From the NCBI GenBank assembly GCA_951406725.2, contig OX597820.1, forward strand, positions 115,878,001-115,942,000: DNA of 64,000 nucleotides, written 5' to 3'. Below, piece by piece: positions 54,391 through 64,000 of this stretch (its first letter is position 1; each line of letters opens with the position of its first letter). The position numbers and the translations under genes were made by a program. This DNA is from Octopus vulgaris. Lineage: Eukaryota. The notes beneath the pieces are model-generated. The model ran no database searches. It saw nothing but the letters and a program-made list of their open reading frames with translations, and had not been told where the DNA came from.

Positions 54391-54460
54391 CACTTATTTT
54401 GAATGGTACTGCCCAGGTGTCGAAACTATAATGATATCTGTGTGGCAGCTGATGATGGGG
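54391..54460 (+). CDS. Candidate 70-nt exon, possible start ATG at 54403: MVLPRCRNYNDICVAADDG
   Basis: Acceptor TTTGTTTGTTCCCAAACAG and donor GGG|GTATGT. An in-frame TGA lies immediately before the ATG. Product not recognised. Confidence 0.45.
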
Positions 54461-54525
54461 GTATGTTGGATTGTTGGTATGGCTGTTTTTCTATATGTGG
54501 AATAGTATTATAATACATCCTTTTG

Positions 54526-54580
<55 letters not shown>

Positions 54581-54588
54581 CATACATA

Positions 54589-54799
54589 CAGGGTGGCTAC
54601 TAAGTCCCGCACCATTGGAGATATCAAGTATGCTTTATTAGCAATGAAGTGGCTTATCCATTACAAATGTTCAATATCTGCTTCCATCCAACGAGGATTG
54701 GTTTGTGAGTAATATCAGAAGTTGTGAAAAGAGATAAAAAAAGGAAATGTTAGCAATTTCACATATTGCAGGATGGTGTGTGATTTTATGGCCATCCTA
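54589..54799. mobile_element. Tc1-type MITE
   Basis: TA-CAGGGTGGCTACTAAGTC..CACCA versus TGGTG..GATTTTATGGCCATCCTA-TA. Confidence 0.6.
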
Positions 54800-54934
54800 T
54801 ATGTGTGTGTGTGGTGTGTGTGTGTATGTGTGTAGAGAGAGAGAATTCACAAAAAAAAAACAAGAAAAGATGAAGACTAGTGGTGTAGACAACAAACAGA
54901 TGTATTAGTATAATGCTCAGGAAGTGAAAAAGTT

Positions 54935-54968
54935 TTTAATGTTTCGAGCCTATGCTCTTCTACAGAAA
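54935..54968 (-). ncRNA. Hammerhead-like fold with a CUGUAGA core in a solo pLTR-like repeat (about 54843-55015)
   Basis: TTT-CTGTAGA-A-GAGC atag GCTC-GAAA-CA-TT-AAA. Confidence 0.5.
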
Positions 54969-55113
54969 GAAACAAGGAGAGAAAATAAAGAATATGTAGT
55001 GGCTAACGATCTATCATGACGAAGGGTGGGTGATGATGAGAGGAGACAGGATCAACTGGTGCGACCATGTGAGCCTGTAATATATATGTGTGTGTGTATA
55101 TATATATATAAAT

Positions 55114-55410
55114 GTGGAGGCCCAATGGCCCAGTGGTTAGGGCAGCAAACTCGCGGTTGGAGGATCGCGGTTTCGATTCCCTGACCGGGCGTCGTGTGTG
55201 TTTATTGAGCGAAAACACCTAAAAGCTCCATGAGGCTCCGGCAGGGGGTGGTGATCCCTGCTGTACTCTTTCACCACTCTTTCTCTCACTCTTTCTTCTG
55301 TTGGCCTGCTCGCTTAGCCAGCGGGGTGGCGTCATTCGAAGGCTAAAATAATGCGAAGTGCATTGTGACCAGCGATGTGTAGCAACATCTGATGGTCTGG
55401 TCGGTCACAT
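55114..55410 (+). mobile_element. tRNA-derived OR-like SINE with a (GAT)n tail
   Basis: Matches 38528-38825. Confidence 0.85.
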
Positions 55411-56366
55411 GATGATGATGATGATGATGATATATATAAATATATTATGTACTTGCTTTTACTTCTATAAATTTCAGAAGACATAATTTAGACATGACAC
55501 TTTATTCATTGCCATAATTTTCTCACTTTTATTTTTGATTTTTGGTTTTTCCTTCAAGATTCCCTAAATTACTTTCACCTTGAACAGAGCACACATCAGC
55601 TAAATGACAATCTCGTTATAAACTGACTCATTAATGCGCTCCCCCCCGCTTCTACCGTACTTTGTGTTGTCTTAACTTTCAGGTTCTATCTTAAACTATA
55701 TGGTACTTGTTTCTTAACTTATTCTTCTAATTCTTACAACAGTTGAAATTTATTGTTTAGCCACAGCAACCTCATCCACTCTAAGATGGTGTGGAAAGAT
55801 TATAGACACTGCAGTCTCCTCTCTAAAGGCTAAAAATAAAAATACTTAGAAATGATAGCATTGAATTTGCATATTCAAAAATCCATTCTGCCAAATGGCT
55901 TTATTTCTTAAGAATTTTCAGCAAGATTTTAAAGTATTTTAAAATCTATTTTTAAAAGGTCTTTTTTGAAAAAGAAAATTAAAACTCACTAAAAAAGGTA
56001 ATTTGTCCAAATTCATATTGAGTGAAAGGAAAGGAATTTTTGTACAAAATTGGAATCCATTTCACTTAAAAGCTTATTTATGATTCATAATGAAACTACT
56101 GCTATTTTAGTTAATTGCATGCATATAAAACAATTAAATTTTTTTTCCCCACCCATAAATTTAAAATATATGCTCAGACAATGTCTAAAGTTTTTATGCA
56201 TAAATTTCTGGATAAGCATTTATTTAGTGTCTATTTTGCCAAAGCAGACAGAGATACTAATTTCTTCTTGAAAAATAAAATCAATATAGAATGCAACCAA
56301 TCTACTTTGACACTAAAAGGAAACGTTGAGTGTACTGCAGTTCACAGATAGCATGATGTCTGAAGG

Positions 56367-56520
56367 GAGAGAGAGAGAGAGGGAGGTTTAATGCATGGAG
56401 GGAGGAGAGAGAGACAGGTTTAATGCATGGAGGGAGGAGAGAGAGGGAGGTTTAATGCATGGAGGGAGGAGAGAGAGAGAGAGAGAGAGGTTTAATGCAT
56501 GGAGGGAGGAGGAAGAGAGG
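56367..56520. repeat. Minisatellite AGGTTTAATGCATGGAGGGAGGAG x4
   Basis: Four cores separated by variable GA runs. Confidence 0.9.
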
Positions 56521-57945
56521 ATTGACGTCATTTCACTCATCATTGATTATCTCAGTTTACTGCTGGTTTATGGTTATCCCAACACTGAAGCAGAGCCCTT
56601 TAATGCCATATCCTACCCAATATTCATCTGATTTATAGAAATAGTAAACTTCACTTTCAACAACTTTCCTGAATTGATTCAGCAAGGTTTGCGTAGACTA
56701 AAAAAAAAAAACAACAAATGTTGATAAATTTCCCAGCATGCAACAGTTGGTTTTAGTCTTACAATATTTAGGCCTACTGTAGGCTGGTTTGTGAAAAGAA
56801 GATACTCTTGAATGGAATGGAATCTCTAATGGTTATATGATATTTATGCCCCTTTCAGAGTGACAAGTTAGCAGAGTTGGTATTTGACCAAACTAATTTC
56901 TTTGCTGTATTTGGTTTTCTCAATCACATGGCACCTTGAGCAAGTGTTTTCTATTACATCTCTGAGGCCAACCAAAACCTTGCGAGTGGATTTAGTAGAT
57001 GGAAACTGAAAGAAGCTCATTGTATATGCATACATTTTTGTGTGTGTGAGTGAGTGTGTGCCCTTGTCTTGAAATGATATTATGGTTGTAAAGGAGTGCC
57101 ACTGTTGTACAAGCAGTCTTGTTTGTTTTCAGTCTTCTGTGACAATGTGTCAGGCCATAAAAAAATATTACCTTGCTTGGAAACAGATAAAGGTTAAGGA
57201 AAAGAGGAAGGGCATCTGGCTACAAGAAATCTGCCTCAATGAATTCTTTCTGATTCATGCAATCAGGGAAAAATGGACAGGAAGAAGATGATGATGATGA
57301 TGATGATTGATCAACTTCATTCCTGAAACAAAATTCTATAAAAATGTTAACCCTTATATTTACACCTGCTCCCTTATTTTGCATTAGTTAGGAGTAACCA
57401 TCTTCTGCTCTGGCACCAACAGTATACAGATGGTACTGGACAGATTTCTTGCGCAAGTTTTCAAATCTAAGACCTTGGGGTAAGATCTTCTACTTCAGCT
57501 GACCAATGCCTTGTGAGTGGATTTGGTAGGTGGAAACTATGTGGAAGCTCATTGCATGCTATGTATGTGTCTGTGTGTCTGTCTTCCCCTACATCATGTT
57601 GGCCAGTGTTGGTTCGTCTACGTCCTCATAACTTAGTGGTTTGGCAAAAATGACCAACAGAATAAGTATCGGGCTTAAAAATTAAACACTGGGGTTGAGG
57701 TGTGTGACTAAACCCTGAAAGGTGGTGCTACAGCATGGCCACAGTCCAATGACTGGAACAAGTAAAAGATTAAAGCTAAAAGACATCTAAATGCCATCTT
57801 ACGAAATATTCTGTTCTTTGAAGGATCAAAGTTGCTGCAATTTCAACTCTACAATAACCTTGGTTTATGACTGACTTTTGAAATTCTTTGATTAAATCTT
57901 TGTTCTTTGAAGTATCAAGCACTGCAAAATGTTGCTGCAGTTTCG

Positions 57946-58141
57946 TGTGACACTGCACCTTAAGCTGTGACTGCATTTTAAGCTGTAACACTACACATTA
58001 AGCTGTGACACTGCACTTTAAACTGTGATACTGCTCTTTAAGCTGTGACACTGATGTCACACTGCATTCTAAGCTGTGACACTTTGATGTGACACTGTAC
58101 TTTAAGCTGTGACACTTTGATGTCACACTGCTTTTTAAGCT
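57946..58141. repeat. About 20-bp minisatellite GTGACACTGCACTTTAAGCT
   Basis: About 8-9 degenerate tandem units. Confidence 0.85.
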
Positions 58142-58220
58142 TTATGATGCAGGCAAAATATACAAGTGCATTTTCCGCTTGTCAGACATATTAGAATCAT
58201 CATCACCATCATCTTATTTG

Positions 58221-58289
<69 letters not shown>

Positions 58290-58895
58290 GTGTGTGTATG
58301 GTAGCATACACACTTTTCCCAAGCTGGCTTGGTTTGTGTGATGGGTTGACTGGAGCTGGCAAGCCAGAGGACTGCAATGAGCTCCAATGTCTGCTTTGGC
58401 ATGGTTTCTGTGGCTGGATACCCTTCCTAACACCAACCACGTTACAATGTGCCCTGGATGCTTTCCAAGTGGCGCCAACACTAGTATTTCATATGTATGT
58501 CATGCAATCGTTAACTGAACTTATATTTCGCTTCTTTTTTTTTTTTATTAACAATTTTCATTTGCTGACTTGCACAACCAATAATTGGTTGGTGTTTTTG
58601 ATGGTTGTATCAATAACCTAATGCGGATTCCAATTACAACTTCCAGCAATGAGGAGAGTTTGATTATGAAAAACATAAAAAAAAAAAAGGAAGTGAATGT
58701 TAAATTGAAGGTTTCCCCACAATGAGATTTAATCACAAGACAAAAATATCACTGACGTTTACCTTCATCATCATCATCATCATCAACCAATCACCATCCC
58801 ACCACCACCACCACCACTGCCGCCGCCGCCATCACCACCACCATTTGATGAAATATTTATGAAAATGGAATTCATACCGTTTCTTTTTCTTTATA

Positions 58896-59130
58896 CCTAT
58901 TTCTTTACTACCCACAAGGGGCTAAACACAGAGAGGACAAACAAGGACAGACAAATGGATTAAGTCGATTATATCGACCCCAGTGTGTAACTGGTACTTA
59001 TTTAATCGACCTCGAAAGGATGAAAGGCAAAGTCGACCTCGGCAGAATTTGAACTCAGAACGTAACGGCAGACGAAATACTGCTAAGCATTTCCCCCGGC
59101 ATGCTAACCATTCTGCCAGCTCACTGCCCC
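58896..59130 (-). mobile_element. SINE family B
   Basis: Matches the reverse complement of 23588-23822. Further copies at about 45467, 60236, 61885-62232 and 63633. Confidence 0.85.
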
Positions 59131-61065
59131 TTTTTCTTTATACTAATCACAACTATAAACAACTTTGGTGTGTAACACTGAGATTATTTTTTCCTTCAGT
59201 TAAAGCATTTGCAAAGGCACAAAGGCAGTCTCAACAAACAGGGTGATGGCTAAATAAACCAGTTGCCTGAGGGCCATATATATTCTCTTAAAGGCCTCCA
59301 AAACTCATCACCAAAGGGCCTGAAATAAGCACAGGTATTAGTTTTCAAGCAAGCAGCTGTTTTGGTAGTTCTATAATACTTTTCATCATTCTAACCGTGA
59401 CCCATTATCTAAAATTAATTAAGCTGGAAGCTAATTAAAAAAACAAAGCCGTAGTTTTTTTGTTTTTTTTGTAAAAGCTCATAGAGGAGGGCAAATGAAC
59501 AGGTATGAGAAAATTGCATTTATTTTTCCTTTCAAGAGTGAGAAAGTAACATACTTCTAAGGAATACGTTTGGTCCAGCATTTGTGAATGATAATTGGTT
59601 TGTTAGAGAAACATATTCAGTCTGTGAACAGCTATTTGTGCCTAATTGGCAACTTATTATCTTCTCACGTTTACTAGTGTCCTTCGTGCCAATATCGGTG
59701 GAATCCTGCCAAATCATTAGAATTACTACAAGATAAACAAGCAAGTGACCAAAAATATTCTGGCGGTAATTTGGTAAGGTGCCACCTAATTGCTGCCTCA
59801 TCCTTTATTTCATTCTGTTCCTTTATTATCATCCAAGAGGAGGGCAGTACAGGGGCAGAAATGGTGGTCAGGGGCCAAATCCTCCTCCTCCTCCTCATCC
59901 TCATCATTTTAATGTCCACTTTTCCATGTTCCCATGAGTTGGATGAAATTTGTTGAGGCAGATTTTGTACGGCTGGATACTCTTCCTGCCACCAACCCTT
60001 ACCTGTTTCCAAATAAATAATATTTCCCTAAGGCCAGACATGTTTCTACAGAAGTTTAGAAACAAAAACACCACTTGCATGGAGGTGATGCTTGTTTACA
60101 ACTATCACATGATCTCAAAGTAAGGAGACAGTAACACACACACCCACACACATATCTTTATGTATGATTGTGGTGTGTGTGTGTGTGCATGTATGTATGT
60201 ATCCGTGTATGTATGTACATAGGTATGTATATGAAGGTGGCGAGCTGGCAGAAACGTTAGCACGCCGGGTGAAATGCATAGCCGTATTTCGTCTGCCGTT
60301 AGGTTCTGAGTTCAAATTCCGCCGAGGTCGACTTTGCCTTTCATCCTTTCGGGGGTTGATTAAATAAGTACCAGTTACGCACTGGGGTCTGGAGACCAAA
60401 CCAAACCTTCATGTCTCATAACTAACTTCTCTGAATGTGGCACAGTTCTTCTCTCTCTCCCTCTCAGCAATTATTAATATCGTTCATTGTAAATAGCTCA
60501 ACATCAAATATCTTTATATCTGGTAATAAATATTTCAGTTAAATGTTCGGGTTTTGCTTCAGTCATTATTCCTGCAGCCAACGAAATATATCTTCATTGA
60601 CCAGTTCAAATCGAGCAGCGACAAATAACCAGTGACAGGGCAATTAAAAAGTTACTTCTATTAGTCAGTAGCCCATATGCCGACTCCGATTAAAATATGT
60701 TGCTGTGTTGAGTTTGGATTTCAACGTTTTTGCCTATATTACTTGTTTGGTTCGTTTAAAAGTTAGTAATCTTTTATTCATAACCTCTGTTTTTCTGTTT
60801 TTCACTGTTATTGTTCTATGATGATAAAAAGCTGATTACAAAGAAGAACGGAAAATAATTTAGGTATTAAATGCTTCAATCAATATGCAGAAGAGAGTGG
60901 AATGTGCAGGGGTGGAAATTGGGAAATTTCATTTAATATGAATGGACAATATCTATTGGATGGAGAATTGTTGGGTACTGTCAATGGAAGATGCTCCTTG
61001 CAGGAATCAGATCTAAGGATGATGGGTTTCACAGAATAAATGGAATGGAATTGAGATGGATAGTG

Positions 61066-61465
61066 GGATTTTTTTCGGTTTGAACGGCAGTTTTTTCTAG
61101 CTGTGTCATATGAAATTGTCACCCATAATTATGACCCTAGTATCGATCTATTGCATTTCAATCTGTTTTAGGGTTAGGGGTGGGGGGAAGGGTATCTTTT
61201 TCTCTTCACAAATGTAAATAAACCCAATCTGTTTCTTAAACGAGGGACATATGGCACAGAATGCTTTTTTACCTCAGTAGACGTCTGTTGAAATTGCAGA
61301 AATTGAAGAAAAAAAACAACAGATATCTTACAAACTATAGAATTTTCTCAATAAAGCCAAGAGAAAAAGATGGTTTATAAACACATTGTACCAGTATACG
61401 AAGTTTAAAATTTTTTAGTTACCTAGAAATTATGTTAAAAACTGCCGTTCAAACCGAAAAGATCC
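61066..61465. mobile_element. 400-bp MITE with an 8-bp TSD (Merlin- or hAT-type target size)
   Basis: TIR GGAT(C/T)TTTTCGGTTTGAACGGCAGTTTT. TSD GGATAGTG at 61058 and 61466. Confidence 0.85.
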
Positions 61466-62629
61466 GGATAGTGATGTGTTGCATAATGTTCTTACAGCTC
61501 ATAGTTGTAGTAATTATTTCTCACTTACATTACGAATGTTTCTTAATTAAAAGGTTTCTCAGCTTTGATGGGAAAAGAATTAAGCAAGCTGTCTCAGATG
61601 TTACCAGCAAGAAAGAATATTAACAAGGTCACTTTAAAAGCAAACAACCAGTGTAAAACCAAAAGAAGCATATTAACAATAACAAGAAAATATAATGAAA
61701 CTAATCTGGTCACAGGCACGGCTGTGTGGTAAGAAGTTTGCTTCCCAACCACATGGTTCTGGGTTCAGTCCCACTGCGTGACATTGTGAGCAAGTGTCAT
61801 CTATTATAACTTTGGGCCAACCAAAGTGGATTTGGTAGACAGAAACTGGAAGAAACCCGTTGTGTGTGTGTGTGTGTGTGTGATCCTGAAAGGATGAAGG
61901 CAAAGTTGACCTCAATGGAATTTGAACTCAGAACGTAAAGACAGATGAATTACCGCTAAGCATTTCGCCCCACATGCTAATATTTCTGCCAGTTCGCCAC
62001 CTTCTCCTCCAAAGATATTCTTTTCTTCTCTAGGCACAAGGCCTGAAATTTTTGGCGAGTGGGGTCAGTTGATTAGATTGACCCCAGTATACAACAGGTA
62101 CTTAATTTATTGACCCCAAAAGGATGAAAGGCAAAGTCGACCTCAGCAGAATTTGAACTCAGAATGTAAAGACAGACGAAATACCGCTAAGCATTTCGCC
62201 TTGCGTGCTAATGGTTCTGCCAGCTCGCCGCCTTTAGAATCAATGTATTCATGCTTGATCGGTCACTAATCAGAAGTTCTAATATCTACAATAAAGTGGC
62301 TATAGGTCCCCAAGCTACAATCACTTTTCTATAAAATTGCTTGTCAACCTCAGCAAAACAATACTCTCTCTCTTTCATATACCATCATCATCATTCTAAT
62401 GGCCACTTTGCATGCTTGCATGGGTCAGATGGAATTTGTTGAGGCAGATTTTCTACAGCTGGATGCTCTTCCTCTCATGAACTTTTTTGCTTCAAAGGAG
62501 AGTAATATTTCCTTATGGCCAGACATGTTTTCAAATGAAGGACACCACTTATATAATGGTGACGCTCGTTTACAACTACCACAATGTCAAGGCAAGGAGA
62601 CAGTAACACATGCTTATACATATGCGTGT

Positions 62630-62694
<65 letters not shown>

Positions 62695-63033
62695 GAGGAG
62701 GCTCTTTCAGTTTCCATCTATGAAATCCATTCACAAGGATTTGGTTGGCCTGAGGCTATACAAAAGACACTTTTCCCAAAGTGCCACCGAGTAGGACTGA
62801 ACCTGGAACCATTTAGTTAGGAAGCAAACTTCTTACAACACAGCCATGACTGCACCACACACATACATGTGTGTATGTACATATATATATATGATGGGCT
62901 TCTTTCAGTTTCCATCTACCAAATCCACTCACAAGGATTTGGTCAGCCCAAGGCTATAATAGAAGACACTTGCCCAAGGTGCCACGCAATGGAACTGAAC
63001 CTGGAACCAGTTAGATGGGAAGCAAACTTTTTA

Positions 63034-63074
<41 letters not shown>

Positions 63075-64000
63075 ATTAAGCAGTCCTGCTAGCATTTAAA
63101 TGATACATAGAATTAAAAATGCTAAAAGGCCTTTCACATTTTAACTCGATATATCAATATCAGAATTGTGTGGCAGAATATTTGGACAATGCTATATCGT
63201 GCAATGGATTTGAAAAATTCTTTTTGACAAGTTTGACGGCTAAATCTTATGTAGATATTATTTGAATAATATCCACTTTAGAAATTATAAGTTAATTCTG
63301 TCAGTATTTGTATTGTGGGAGTGGGGTGATGGCGGTGGTGGTGGATATGATATATGTTAATCTGATTTTTGCCTGGAGCTGTAGAACTTGTCAGAACTTG
63401 CAAGGAAATGTCAAGAAGGATTTAGGCACCACTCCTACGTTCTATTTTGCACACAACTACACAAGTAGCAGTGTGAGAAATGATCATGTTTTCTGGTTAT
63501 TATTGGCTCTAAAATACAGTTTCCAATGTAGCTGTGGTTGATAAGGCTTGTTTTGTGACTTGGTTTCAGTGATTTTATTTCTAAAAGGTCAGCTTTTCCA
63601 CCCAATTCGCTGGTAATATATTTAATTGTTTCAGGGTGGCAATCTGGCAGAATCGTTAGCACACTGAGTATTTCTTCTGTCTTTACGTTCTGAGTTCAAA
63701 TTCCGCCGAGGTCGACTTTTCTTTCCATCCTTTTGGGTCGATAAATTAAGTACCAGTTGTGTACTGGGGTCTATCTAATCGACTGCGCCCCCTCCCCCAA
63801 AATTTTGGGCCTTGTACCTGGAGTAGAAAAGAATATATTCAATGTTTCATATTTTTAAAAAATGTAACAGTTTAAGTATAATGAAAATTAATCCTTTTAT
63901 CGCCATCTTCATCATCACCTTCATCATCACCTTCACCATCATCATCCTCATGTAGCATCTTCTTTCCATGTTGGCATGGGTTAGACTGTTTGACTGAAAC

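Noticed and set aside
57946-58141. Regularly spaced repeats as a CRISPR array
   Set aside because: Eukaryotic context, head-to-tail units, no unique spacers and no cas genes.
61168-61180. TTAGGGTTAGGG as an interstitial telomere
   Set aside because: Only two units, and they are internal to a MITE.

Overview
This is AT-rich, repeat-dominated animal genomic DNA, most likely Octopus, judged from the dense tRNA-derived SINE families, (TA)n/(TATG)n/(CA)n microsatellites and the TE spectrum. No database search was run. Nearly all ORFs in the track are microsatellite or TE artefacts. Recognisable elements are three decayed Penelope-like (GIY-YIG) retroelements, two DD34D-type mariner remnants, a full-length DD37D (maT) Tc1/mariner, RTE, CR1 and Hero-type LINE fragments, a non-autonomous Helitron, MITEs and many SINEs. 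Host-gene evidence is limited to three candidate + strand exons (ending at 28796, 43591-43636 and 54391-54460), with no assignable product. The most interesting signals are four. (1) Nine type I hammerhead-ribozyme folds, of several unrelated designs, lie in Penelope termini or short solo elements. They include variants with a long interrupted helix II and a 1-nt-loop helix III. (2) Several snap-back hairpins and inverted duplications would give long intronic dsRNA. (3) A candidate spliced hydrophobic uORF micropeptide. (4) A CpG-poor / CpG-retaining / CpG-poor domain structure.
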